Origin: a virus
Taxonomy: Duplodnaviria > Caudoviricetes
IMG/VR virus record: IMGVR_UViG_3300031227_000191
Coordinates: 1-35,908 of that record
Length of the DNA: 35,908 bases
Direction: 5' to 3' (one strand)
In this document: positions 1-9,302 of the stretch, one piece after another
How positions within the stretch are numbered: the stretch's first letter is position 1
Layout: each line of letters begins with the position of its first letter
Notes under the pieces: generated by a model
Databases searched by the model: none
What the model saw: only the letters and a program-made list of their open reading frames with translations
What the model was told of the DNA's origin: nothing
Program-made: the position numbers and the translations under genes

Positions 1-849
1 ATCCCGACAGGCTTCCACTGCTTGCGTCACACTACCAAACGCATAGAAATCAGTATTGCCAGCGACATTAGTTGTTGCATATAATATCTCACCAAAAATC
101 GCCAGTGATCGAACCCATCCAGCCGTGGGAATTTCTGTGGCAAGAGGAGATGATGAAGCTGATGTGGCTGTAGAATATATTGGGCCAGAAGCAGTGCCTC
201 CAGTTTTTTCGACAAGATTTGTAACTCCTTCCTCAAACTGACCCAAGTTTATAGGCTGTGCTGAATTAGTTCCATCTCCAACTCTAATATCAGCACCTGT
301 CCAATTAAGTTGACCAGTATCATTCGTTAACGCCCTACGATCAATATCAGCTTGAAGGGCTGCTTGAGTTACATCAGCTTCAGCCTCTGTGTAAGCATCT
401 ATTAAACGGAATCCATAATTCAATATCTCGTTTTTCATGTTCTCTGATATTCGCGCTCCGGTTAGTGACGGTGACTGTGGGTAGCCGACATGGTTGGTTG
501 ACAACGTGCATATAGCACCGACACCAGCAGCCACACCCAATCTCGACGTGGAGCCTTGGGTATACTCAACATAGACGCTGATGTTTAGACTGCCCTGAGA
601 CACTATGTTTGTTACGCTCCAAGCATCCGTGTCACCCCAAGCATTTTCGGTAAAAATCAAGTCGTTAGTCTTCACGTCCTCACCATCAAATCCGGACGAG
701 CTCCAATCTGTTACCACACCCTCGACTAAATAAGACTGGTAGGCCACTACCTCTGTGCTGTTTGTTATGTCTATTTCAGCTTGGAACAACGGAACCGAGG
801 CAAAACCAGCGGTGACTATTAGAAGATAAACTGACGCAGATTTCCACAT
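1..849 (-). CDS. Putative tail/tail-fibre-like protein with N-terminal signal-peptide-like segment (partial, runs off window start)
   Basis: Not in ORF track (no stop in window). Manual translation from ATG at 849 is open to base 1: MWKSASVYLLIVTAGFASVPLFQAEIDITNSTEVV...; GGGGGA RBS upstream; directly follows the 763-aa fibre gene; Thr/Ser/Gly rich. Confidence 0.75.
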   Translation of the reverse strand, partial: MWKSASVYLLIVTAGFASVPLFQAEIDITNSTEVVAYQSYLVEGVVTDWSSSGFDGEDVKTNDLIFTENAWGDTDAWSVTNIVSQGSLNISVYVEYTQGSTSRLGVAAGVGAICTLSTNHVGYPQSPSLTGARISENMKNEILNYGFRLIDAYTEAEADVTQAALQADIDRRALTNDTGQLNWTGADIRVGDGTNSAQPINLGQFEEGVTNLVEKTGGTASGPIYSTATSASSSPLATEIPTAGWVRSLAIFGEILYATTNVAGNTDFYAFGSVTQAVEACRD

Positions 850-860
850 TCGTATCCCCC

Positions 861-3152
861 TTAAAAGAAACTTAACATAATATGGTTTATGCCGCCAGTC
901 CACAATCCAGACACCTTAACCTGTTCCGGATCCGTTAAATCAAGTCGTGACGGAGCCGTAACTATTTCAGCCCCCGAGTCTTCTCGGTAAACCGTGCACC
1001 CACTAACACCCCACCGGTCGGCAAGACCAGTGTTACCCATATCGTTCGAGCCCAGATTAACTGTTAAAATGCTGCCGCTTGAGCCGTTATACCGAATCCG
1101 GGTTCCCGCCAAAATGGTTCCTGCCGGGATCGTAAATGTTATCGTAGACCCACTCCGGGCCGCGGTTACGTTTGTAGACGAAGCCACAACCAGAATCTCT
1201 TCATCACCCGTAGCAAGAGCAGAATACCGATACAAAGCGGTTCGCGGTCCAAAAGTCACAATAACCTCCCGGTTTGAAACCGTTGCACTGTCATCTGCTC
1301 CAGACTGCCCATATGCATTAGTAACAGAGTCACCAGATGAGTCTGCGTAAATAGCGTAGTCAACCTTCCCGACCGCTCCGTTGGTGTTATACTCCGACTC
1401 CAGCATGTCACCGGCGCCAGCAGCCACGAGACCTAGTTGCCCGGTTTCCGCGTTGGTGTAGGCCAACACATAGCCTTCCGTGCTTCCCATAGGAAGGTAC
1501 ACAGCGCCAAATCGCCCCTCGGGGGCTACAAAAGCTTCTGCGGCATAAGCAGACCCGTTGGTGACCGCCCGCACAAATACGTTGCTCACATTCGCCTTGC
1601 TGCTGCCATCCCCGACTAAAGTCAAAGTCAAGCTCTTATTGGTCGTCAAGGCTACAAAGTAGTTTGAAGACATCCCCAATGTGGCCTGCGATACCGTGGC
1701 CCCGGCGATACTTAACGTCGACGTCCCGTAGCTATTTTCCTTGGAGAAACCCCAGACATAGGTGTGCCCAACAACAACCGCGGTTTCGGCGGTAAAGGCC
1801 ACCGAGGCCACAACACCGGTATACGTTCCCTGTGTCAATCCACTTATATTTGACGAAATAAGTGTGACATCTGCCGCGTAAATAGCATCAAACCGTGAGG
1901 CTTCAGCAGTAAGGTATCCGGCATCAGCGTGGTTCCCCCACAAATATGCAACATACCCTAGCGCCCATTGATTGGTCGGCCACGCTTCTACCGTGGTGAC
2001 ACGGCCACCTACCGCGGTAAGATCAACGTCATTAGAACTAATGGCCGCAAGGTTTATTGCAATATCCACGTCATTTGACCCAATGGCGGCTGTATTGGCA
2101 GCAATATCCACGTCATTCGACCCAATGGCGGCTGTATTGGCCGCAATATCCACATCGTTCGAACCGATGGCGGCAGCGTAGGTAACAACGTTTGTCTCAT
2201 TTGCCCCAACCCGAAGATCAACCGCAGCAATATCTACGTCGTTGGAACCGATGGCAGCAGTGTTGGCTGCGATATCAACATCATTTGATCCGATGGCGGC
2301 AGCGTAGGTAACAACGTTTGTCTCATTTGCCCCAACCCGAAGATCAACCGCAGCAATATCTACGTCGTTGGAACCGATGGCAGCAGTGTTGGCTGCGATA
2401 TCAACGTCATTCGACCCAATGGCGGCTGTATTGGCCGCGATATCAACATCATTCGATCCAATGGCGGCTGTATTGGCCGCAATATCCACATCGTTCGACC
2501 CAATGGCAACAGTGTTGGCCGCAATATCCACATCATTTGACCCAATGGCAACAGTGTTGGCCGCAATATCCACATCATTTGACCCAATGCTCGCCTCAAG
2601 TACATCAAAAAGAGTGTTTGTTGACAACCAACTAGTAAAATACGGGTCAGACTCAACAATGATCCCATCGATACTATATGAGATAGTGACCGGCGTCCAG
2701 GTTGCCGTGTTCGTAATTTCAAATAACGACCATTCTGTAGAAATTTTCCCCTTAGCTAGTGACCTGGTAGGGGACCCGTTTGTAGAAACTAAAAGGAACT
2801 CAGCGTAATATGTTCTGGGCGGAGGTATGTTTGAGACCGCAATAGGGACTGGTGTTGACCAGGACACCGTATTCCAGGTCTTTGAAAATGTACCATTCGC
2901 TACAGTCAAATAGGTGTAACCCCGTTCGGGATATGCCATCCTAAGCCAAATATTAGAACCGCCAGTTACACCCGAAAACGTCACACTTATGTTGCGGTCA
3001 GACCTAGTATCCCAATGCCATTCAAAATCTTGCCACTTGGATTCCCGGCTGCTCGCAGTGTTGGTGAACGTAGCTGTAGACGTGGCGTAATCGAAACCAA
3101 GCACATGAGACGCCAGCATCGCTACCATAAAGAATATGGAGGCTCTGCGCAT
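861..3152 (-). CDS. Tail fibre/adhesin-like protein with 14-aa coiled-coil repeats and signal-peptide-like N-terminus
   Basis: 763 aa ORF downstream of capsid genes; 12 SNDVD-containing repeats (IGSNDVDIAANTAA); AYLWGNHADAGYL motif resembles phage fibre linkers; N-terminus MRRASIFFMVAMLASHVLG. Confidence 0.75.
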   Translation of the reverse strand: MRRASIFFMVAMLASHVLGFDYATSTATFTNTASSRESKWQDFEWHWDTRSDRNISVTFSGVTGGSNIWLRMAYPERGYTYLTVANGTFSKTWNTVSWSTPVPIAVSNIPPPRTYYAEFLLVSTNGSPTRSLAKGKISTEWSLFEITNTATWTPVTISYSIDGIIVESDPYFTSWLSTNTLFDVLEASIGSNDVDIAANTVAIGSNDVDIAANTVAIGSNDVDIAANTAAIGSNDVDIAANTAAIGSNDVDIAANTAAIGSNDVDIAAVDLRVGANETNVVTYAAAIGSNDVDIAANTAAIGSNDVDIAAVDLRVGANETNVVTYAAAIGSNDVDIAANTAAIGSNDVDIAANTAAIGSNDVDIAINLAAISSNDVDLTAVGGRVTTVEAWPTNQWALGYVAYLWGNHADAGYLTAEASRFDAIYAADVTLISSNISGLTQGTYTGVVASVAFTAETAVVVGHTYVWGFSKENSYGTSTLSIAGATVSQATLGMSSNYFVALTTNKSLTLTLVGDGSSKANVSNVFVRAVTNGSAYAAEAFVAPEGRFGAVYLPMGSTEGYVLAYTNAETGQLGLVAAGAGDMLESEYNTNGAVGKVDYAIYADSSGDSVTNAYGQSGADDSATVSNREVIVTFGPRTALYRYSALATGDEEILVVASSTNVTAARSGSTITFTIPAGTILAGTRIRYNGSSGSILTVNLGSNDMGNTGLADRWGVSGCTVYREDSGAEIVTAPSRLDLTDPEQVKVSGLWTGGINHIMLSFF
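2020..2590 (-). repeat. 42-bp coding tandem repeat with a nested 126-bp higher-order duplication
   Basis: Repeated gcaatatc(c/a)ac(a/g)tc(a/g)tt(t/c)ga(c/t)cc(a/g)atggc units; the AVDLRVGANETNVVTYAAA insert occurs twice, 126 bp apart; boundaries approximate. Confidence 0.9.
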
Positions 3153-3153
3153 G

Positions 3154-3540
3154 TTAATCTCCCACGTAGTTTTTCATTATTATAACCGAATTGGTGGCAG
3201 CGTCCATGGTAACCGTTATTATATCACCGCGACTTATTTCGATGACCTCTGGCGCCGAATAGATGTAGTGCTCAAAATCCGCACTGCCCCCGGAACCCAG
3301 CGTAATTGTCACGTTTCCAGCATCAGTAGATTTAACCAGGTAAACCGCCGCCGTATTGGCCACAGTCTCGTGGGTTCCAACAGCAGCTATAATCGTACCA
3401 ATGTAAACCTTATTTTGGACATTAGTCCAAGAATACGAGGTGTTGGTAAATGTTTCTACAACCTGCGGCTCCGTATTATCAAAAGCAAAACTGACTGAGG
3501 CAAACAGTACAAAAGTCAAAGCCAAAACAAAATTTTTCAT
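3154..3540 (-). CDS. Hypothetical late protein with Sec-type signal peptide
   Basis: Likely start at ATG 3540 (MKNFVLALTFVLFASVSFA-FDNTEP) with GAAGG RBS; the longer ORF-track start lies across a hairpin. Confidence 0.75.
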   Translation of the reverse strand: MKNFVLALTFVLFASVSFAFDNTEPQVVETFTNTSYSWTNVQNKVYIGTIIAAVGTHETVANTAAVYLVKSTDAGNVTITLGSGGSADFEHYIYSAPEVIEISRGDIITVTMDAATNSVIIMKNYVGD

Positions 3541-3564
3541 AGGTACCTTCTTCTTGGTTAGTAA

Positions 3565-3600
3565 GTCCCCGGGCTCCCTGTTTCTGGGAGTCCGGGGGAC
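3565..3600 (-). terminator. GC-rich hairpin after capsid/decoration genes (terminator or attenuator)
   Basis: gtccccgggctccc-tgtttct-gggagtccgggggac inverted repeat; U-tract is weak. Confidence 0.55.
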
Positions 3601-3623
3601 ATTACCTTTCATTCTAACTCGTC

Positions 3624-4046
3624 TTAGCCTTCAGCGTCTCCGATATCGGCTATAATTGCCCATGCTCTCACAGTACCGGCCGCCCCAGCATTTCCGCTTA
3701 CGGCAAGATCCATGGTGTCGTCCGCGTCTATGATCACGTTGGCCAACAGATAGCCGCCCTCGTATATGGTGCCGGCAGCCGCGCTCACATCAACCTCAGC
3801 AAGAAACTCGGCTCCAGTGCCAAGTCCTAGTGTTGCGGTGATCGAGTTTGTTGCCGCCGTTACGACCGTCAGCCCAGCAGCAATTATCAGCGTGCTGGTC
3901 TCGAACTCGAATACCTGCACGACATCGTCCGCCTCATCCGTTACACCCCCGAGGGTGACATCAGCCTGGATAAACCCAACTTTGGGCCCAAGCGCCGGGA
4001 ACCCGCCGCGAGTGATCGCGACTGTTGCATCAGTAGTATCAGCCAT
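3624..4046 (-). CDS. Putative capsid decoration/minor structural protein
   Basis: 140 aa, Ala/Gly/Thr/Val rich, immediately after major capsid gene; AAGGA RBS. Confidence 0.6.
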   Translation of the reverse strand: MADTTDATVAITRGGFPALGPKVGFIQADVTLGGVTDEADDVVQVFEFETSTLIIAAGLTVVTAATNSITATLGLGTGAEFLAEVDVSAAAGTIYEGGYLLANVIIDADDTMDLAVSGNAGAAGTVRAWAIIADIGDAEG

Positions 4047-4063
4047 AACCTATTCCTTTCTAT

Positions 4064-4996
4064 TTACGAAACATCTACGGAAGCGTAAAGCACTCCGAGA
4101 GCCTCAGGTTTCACTACCTTGTACCCGAACACCTGGAGACCGCGATGCAACATTCCGAATCCATCCGGATTGTCCTGCACCTTGGAACTCACAAGCTGAG
4201 TAGCAAACGTAGTCGCATCCTTGTGACCAAACAAACAGTACGTCGCGGAATCCGCGGAGTACGTGGCCAGAAGGTTCGAATTGAATATAGTGAACCGGTC
4301 AATGGTACCCAGAACCGAAGTCCTCAGTATCGACTTGGAATCACCCGTCAACGAGCTGTCCTTGAGATCGGACGCCTTAATGAGACCCGCTATCCTCGGG
4401 GGCAGTATCATGTACCTGCCCATATCCGGAACGTTGAGCTCGTCAAGTGCTACGCCGGCGCCGAGAATATAGTCCAAAATATTGGACTTACTCAAGGAAA
4501 CCGGGGTGCCTGTCGTACCCAAAGGAATATTGCCGCTTCGATAGCCAGCGCTATTGCCGATGTTGTACGCACTGGCATCCGAGTAGATATCCTGCAGAAC
4601 AGTCGTATCCACCGTTATGCGCATCTGCTCCGAGCCATCCTTGACCCAGTCGTTGATGTACCCTTTAAGATCGGTTTGAACTTTATCCAGGTCCTCACTC
4701 ACAAACGACCAGTATTTACCCTTGTCGATAAGCAGCGAGACCGCCGTACTTTCCGGCTGATCATTAACCAGGGCCTGACCCTTGCGATAATCCCGGATAG
4801 TCATGTCCGGCGTGGCCCTGATATAGACCGTGTCGCCGTGTTTCTTGATTTCACCTTCGTAATCCGTGTTGGTTATCTGTGTCAACACCGAACTGTCATA
4901 ATACTTGACCAGCATTTTACCAGTATAGAGTACCGGTATATACCGCATCAGGTCGCTTCCAATGTTCCTCGTCCCAGCAGCAATAGGATATGCCAT
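4064..4996 (-). CDS. Major capsid protein (HK97 fold, P22-coat-like family)
   Basis: 310 aa; YIPVLYTGKML...NTDYEGEIKKHGDTVYI and C-terminal RGLQVFGYKVVKPEAL patterns typical of podovirus capsids; position after scaffold. Confidence 0.9.
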   Translation of the reverse strand: MAYPIAAGTRNIGSDLMRYIPVLYTGKMLVKYYDSSVLTQITNTDYEGEIKKHGDTVYIRATPDMTIRDYRKGQALVNDQPESTAVSLLIDKGKYWSFVSEDLDKVQTDLKGYINDWVKDGSEQMRITVDTTVLQDIYSDASAYNIGNSAGYRSGNIPLGTTGTPVSLSKSNILDYILGAGVALDELNVPDMGRYMILPPRIAGLIKASDLKDSSLTGDSKSILRTSVLGTIDRFTIFNSNLLATYSADSATYCLFGHKDATTFATQLVSSKVQDNPDGFGMLHRGLQVFGYKVVKPEALGVLYASVDVS

Positions 4997-5063
4997 GCTG
5001 AACTCCCTTCTTTTATTGTAAGCTTTGAGTGCTGCGGAACAGAACGAAGCAACCTAAAAATTA

Positions 5064-6035
5064 TTAGGAGACTCGACCCTCGACAACAGCGTCATCAATA
5101 GCTCTCTCTATGCGTTCCGCCTCTTTCTCCCTACCCAGGTACTTACCACGGGCAACATCTTTGAAGAACTTCTCCATAGACGCTTGGGAAATCGTAGGCT
5201 TTCCGCGTTCACTTTTACTTCTATCAGGTTCTCCCCGTGCTTTGACCGGTGCGACACCCGACTGGTTTGCATCAATCCCGGCATCCGGGACACTTACTGT
5301 AGGTTTGTACGTCTTATATATCTCCGCCAAACGTCCGACATCTCCAGCCGCAGCGGCAGAACCACCAAGATCTCTGTAAGTTAATCCACTTGCAGGATCC
5401 ACGGTACCCAGGAATCTAAACCATCCCGGATCGTTAGTGTTGGCTATCTTGGCTCCCGGGGCAACTCTATCCACCTTGTCCCACAATGAGTCAGTAGCCT
5501 GGCTCTCTTTCGCGTCTTCAACGAGTTTCAATCTGGCTTCGAGTGCACCATTTGACTTGGCAATAGCCTGTTGAGCCGTTGCAATCGCCGCTTCTGTAAC
5601 ACCCTTGGATACACGGTGTTGCGCGTCCAAGGTGTCCTTCCCAAAGTGCTCGACTTCTTCGGGCTGAATATACCTCAAGTACGCTGGTCTACCGTCATCC
5701 ACCGGCTTCTGAACCGTCAACTGCTCCACTTGGCCGGTCAGCGTCTTAACGGCGCCCTGCAGTGGTATGAGCTGAGAATCAACTCGACCCTGCAAACTGT
5801 TGTTACGATGCCTTTCAAACTCCAACTGGCGTTTAAGGTCCGCCGTTTCACCACTCGTAGAATCCACGTCAGGCTTTACTGCAGGCTTGCCGTCATCCGG
5901 AGGCACGCCAAGAGCCCCAAGGCCATCCACGCCCGGGTTCTCATCTGCCATGCCACCCATTTCCCGCTCAAGTTCTGCTAACAAAGCGTCTCCTTCACCA
6001 ACTTGTTTGTCCACTGCATCAGGTATATCAGCCAT
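5064..6035 (-). CDS. Putative capsid scaffolding protein
   Basis: 323 aa, acidic N-terminus, coiled-coil middle, C-terminal IERAIDDAVVEGRV; immediately upstream of capsid gene; GGAGG RBS. Confidence 0.75.
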   Translation of the reverse strand: MADIPDAVDKQVGEGDALLAELEREMGGMADENPGVDGLGALGVPPDDGKPAVKPDVDSTSGETADLKRQLEFERHRNNSLQGRVDSQLIPLQGAVKTLTGQVEQLTVQKPVDDGRPAYLRYIQPEEVEHFGKDTLDAQHRVSKGVTEAAIATAQQAIAKSNGALEARLKLVEDAKESQATDSLWDKVDRVAPGAKIANTNDPGWFRFLGTVDPASGLTYRDLGGSAAAAGDVGRLAEIYKTYKPTVSVPDAGIDANQSGVAPVKARGEPDRSKSERGKPTISQASMEKFFKDVARGKYLGREKEAERIERAIDDAVVEGRVS

Positions 6036-6157
6036 TTTATCCTCCGTACCCCGCGCTGGATGGCTCCAGAATGCGGCGTCTTACAGAAGGGCCATCGAAT
6101 GGGATCCTTCTGCGTCTATGTCTTATTGTGTCAAGTAACCCGGTTACCCGGACATAA

Positions 6158-6697
6158 TTACTCGACGTATTGAATCCAAACATCAACCACACCATTTGTT
6201 ACCCCGCCGACCGTGGTAACAGTCAACGCCAAGTCCGTAAGATTGGTATCACCAACCACTAACCAGGACGTCGGGTCGCCAAAATCAACCAGCGTAGCAT
6301 TCGTAGCAACCGTACCCAGCCCGGAAGAATCAGCAAGTGCCAAAATATCCGCTGCGCCATTAACACCAAAAGATACGGTACCGGTCGTAGACGAGGCCGT
6401 ACTAAACTTAAACGCAGCGTTCTGTAATATTGCGCCATACGGAAGCGTTACTCCCATAGACTCTGCCGACAAATCAGACGCAGCTGTAAAGTCATAGTGA
6501 CCCTTGGCAACTCGCATCAAACCGGTACCTGTATCGTCCAGGTTATCGTCGTCAAGCCGGTTTATCTCAGCTGCGGTCGGAGTGATCTGGGTTCCGTTTA
6601 CACGCCATACGGTCAGATTTACATCCTCCCGCGGAGCCGCATAAAGCGACGTGACCATCAAGGCCGCAACTATAATTCCTATACACAATTTCTTCAT
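6158..6697 (-). CDS. Hypothetical head-region protein with Sec-type signal peptide
   Basis: MKKLCIGIIVAALMVTSLYA-APRE N-terminus; ITPTAAEINRLD and GLMRVAKGHYDF segments resemble phage structural proteins. Confidence 0.75.
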   Translation of the reverse strand: MKKLCIGIIVAALMVTSLYAAPREDVNLTVWRVNGTQITPTAAEINRLDDDNLDDTGTGLMRVAKGHYDFTAASDLSAESMGVTLPYGAILQNAAFKFSTASSTTGTVSFGVNGAADILALADSSGLGTVATNATLVDFGDPTSWLVVGDTNLTDLALTVTTVGGVTNGVVDVWIQYVE

Positions 6698-6715
6698 TCA
6701 ACTATCTCCCTGTAG

Positions 6716-6937
6716 TTATTGCTCACGTTTAGGGTTGCCGTCTAAAGCTTCAAGAACATCTTCAAGCTCCATACAACCACCCTGATTTCTATACACCGGA
6801 GCACCGTCGAGCAGATACTTCCTCTGGTTCTCTAATAGACTAACCGAAAACCACTCCCGAATGCAAGCAAAAAGTTTCGGTCTGGTAATTTTTATTTCTT
6901 CCAACGCATCAATAAGGTCCTCAGATACCCGAATCAT
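6716..6937 (-). CDS. Small hypothetical protein downstream of portal
   Basis: 73 aa ORF overlapping portal stop; YRNQG motif reminiscent of small proteins that follow podovirus portals. Confidence 0.65.
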   Translation of the reverse strand: MIRVSEDLIDALEEIKITRPKLFACIREWFSVSLLENQRKYLLDGAPVYRNQGGCMELEDVLEALDGNPKREQ

Positions 6938-9194
6938 TCTCTACTCCATTCCCGCCAATAATAGTGTCCATGGTCTGTGCTTCCAGCATTCCGGCCTTCG
7001 CTCCGGTTTCAATGCCCTTCTGTGAAGCGAGCATGCCTTTGATCTTCAACTCCTCGCGCTTCAGCTGCATCTCACCCTCAGTCTTGGCCGCACTGATCTG
7101 GACCTTGGCATCCTCGCGCTGGTCACCCCGTTGCTGGGATTGAACGTCAGCCTGTTGCACTTGCTGTTCCATCTGCATCTGCATCTGAGCCTGTCGCTGT
7201 TGAGCCTGCTGAGACTCGCGCTCTTCCCGCTGACGTTCCTCAATGACTTCGTCACTCGGAATAATAGTGCTGCCGGAAATTTCCAGGGTCTTAACTATTT
7301 CGCGGTGTAAAGCAGCCCGGCCAGTGAGCCCTAAGATTTGTGAGTCAACAGGGTTCGCGGTATCCCTGAGGTAACTCAAACGTCGCTCAGCAACCTGTTC
7401 CTTGGCCATCAGAGCCACGACTCCTGTGCTGACGATGTTGACATCACCGACGATTGACATGTCGTTTTTCTTGCTGAAGTTCCAGTCAATCACACGGTCG
7501 ATCATGGGCTTGAATACCTTGCGGTCGATTGTAAGCACAACCTTTTTGATCCCCTTGGTGGCATTCGACATCAGCATAGACAGTCCACCAAATGTCCGTC
7601 CGGCACCAGCAACCTTCTCGTTGCCATACGTGTAAGCCGGTATTCCGGATATGTCATCCGCCGACTTGGTGAAGTAGCCCAAGACCTCCAGAAGCTCCCG
7701 CGCAATACTGCGAGGTTGTAGGAAGTCAAGCGGCGGCGCCGTAGAGGTTTGCTTATTTGTAAACTGCCAGACCTTGAACGGATAAATAGAAGTGACCCTC
7801 TCACCTTGAGCAAGCCGGCCGACATCAGAGAATATGGCTTGCGGTCCAGAGGCAATAGCCAGATTATTAACCAAAGCGCGCGCCGTAGCGTTGGCGGTGT
7901 CCTGGACGTCCTTCAAAACTTCAGGCAGCCCCTTGTACCAGAACGACCCTGAGATATGGCCAAAGCCGGCTTTGCTATAAGGCTTCCGGCCCAACAGGTC
8001 GGGTTCGTACCCTTTGTAAATTATCTGGTCTCCAACCAAAAGCACAACCACCTGAAACTGTGACAGCGGGTCTACTTCCTTCTTGGTCAAACCGTAGGTC
8101 ATGCACTGAGAGCCACTCATGCTGAGATGCGCTTCGTACCCCTCGACAGTAGACTTGTGAATTAAATTTGTGTTAGCGGTGTTATCATCCTCGTCGCCGG
8201 TGTCCCGTAAGTCTTCGAGTTCCTGATCCAAGTTCGTAGACAGCAACGTCGGCACCGAACCAAAGTTTATGAGCACCGAGTCAATCGCAGTGCTATCGTA
8301 GCCTTTGAAACCTTTCATCTTCTGCAGGTCGGCTTTGAAAAATTTGACCCGTTCAATGAAGTCTCCCTCGAAGTCTACAGTGGCGGGGTCGGGATACGCA
8401 TTGAACGGGTCTACTCGTTCAAAGATAGGCTGGACTTCTTTTTGCAGCTTTAAGTCGGGTACCCCGGTGGTGGGGTCAATGTCCCACCGCTTCCTGGTTA
8501 GGGTTTGCAGAACCGGACCCTTCAGGATTCCAGCTTTCATGGAAACCAGGTCGGAAACAAAGTCTTCGAAGATCTCCCACAGGTGGCCTTCAAGGAACTG
8601 GTCATTGACCCGCTCCTCCAGGTTGCTTGCTTTTTCAATCGCTATCTGCCTAATTCGTTGGTCGGCCGCAGTCCGCATCTCCTTCTGGATGCTCGCAATC
8701 TCGTCTGGCTTGAGCTCAACGCCCTCTTGCTGGGCTTGAGCCAGCCTACGCTGTGCGATGTCTTGTACCCCCATCATGGCTTGCTGTACGTCATACATCG
8801 ACACCGATGGCTCTGGAGTAGGCCTTAGGCCCCAGGGTTTGTCCTCTTCATTGCTAAAGATTTCCAGCAACCAGGCTACCGCGGCACGGTGCTTGAGTTC
8901 GGTGACTCCAATAAAAACTTCACTACCGCCAACGGAACCTTGGATGGCGTCCAACTTCGCTTGGGAGTATTCAGAATTGATTCGCCGCAAGTTGTCCAGC
9001 ATTTGGTCTTCGACACCAGACTCTCGACGGTTACGCTCAAACTCGGAGAACTTGTCCTTGACGTAAGCCGCCAGGGACATGTCTTCGATCTCAACCACAG
9101 CATCTTTTTGAACCGCCGCCTTGCGGGCTTCGTACAATCGTTCTGATGTAGCCTCCGCGGACTGGATGCCGGCAAAGTCAAACCTAGTTCCCAT
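6921..9194 (-). CDS. Portal protein
   Basis: About 757 aa from probable ATG 9194 (GAGGGG RBS); ERVDPFNAYPDP, NATARALVNNLAIASGP, GAGRTFGGLSMLM, Gln-rich C-terminal coiled coil; lies between terminase and scaffold. Confidence 0.88.
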   Translation of the reverse strand: MGTRFDFAGIQSAEATSERLYEARKAAVQKDAVVEIEDMSLAAYVKDKFSEFERNRRESGVEDQMLDNLRRINSEYSQAKLDAIQGSVGGSEVFIGVTELKHRAAVAWLLEIFSNEEDKPWGLRPTPEPSVSMYDVQQAMMGVQDIAQRRLAQAQQEGVELKPDEIASIQKEMRTAADQRIRQIAIEKASNLEERVNDQFLEGHLWEIFEDFVSDLVSMKAGILKGPVLQTLTRKRWDIDPTTGVPDLKLQKEVQPIFERVDPFNAYPDPATVDFEGDFIERVKFFKADLQKMKGFKGYDSTAIDSVLINFGSVPTLLSTNLDQELEDLRDTGDEDDNTANTNLIHKSTVEGYEAHLSMSGSQCMTYGLTKKEVDPLSQFQVVVLLVGDQIIYKGYEPDLLGRKPYSKAGFGHISGSFWYKGLPEVLKDVQDTANATARALVNNLAIASGPQAIFSDVGRLAQGERVTSIYPFKVWQFTNKQTSTAPPLDFLQPRSIARELLEVLGYFTKSADDISGIPAYTYGNEKVAGAGRTFGGLSMLMSNATKGIKKVVLTIDRKVFKPMIDRVIDWNFSKKNDMSIVGDVNIVSTGVVALMAKEQVAERRLSYLRDTANPVDSQILGLTGRAALHREIVKTLEISGSTIIPSDEVIEERQREERESQQAQQRQAQMQMQMEQQVQQADVQSQQRGDQREDAKVQISAAKTEGEMQLKREELKIKGMLASQKGIETGAKAGMLEAQTMDTIIGGNGVENDSGI

Positions 9195-9251
9195 ACATGG
9201 TCCCCTCGTGTCACGGTTACGATGCAAATCACATCTTGTTCTGTAGCTTAT

Positions 9252-9280
9252 ATTGTGGCATGGCCGCGTTAAGAAGTCAA
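9252..9280 (-). promoter_or_regulatory. sigma70-like promoter upstream of portal
   Basis: Minus strand reads TTGACT-17 bp-CACAAT with extended -10 TG. Confidence 0.5.
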
Positions 9281-9302
9281 CAACTATTTTCAGAACCTGG
9301 GA

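Noticed and set aside
4145-5101. 318-aa plus-strand ORF, and the many other antisense ORFs over structural and replication genes
   Set aside because: Lie opposite well-supported genes, with no RBS or recognisable motifs
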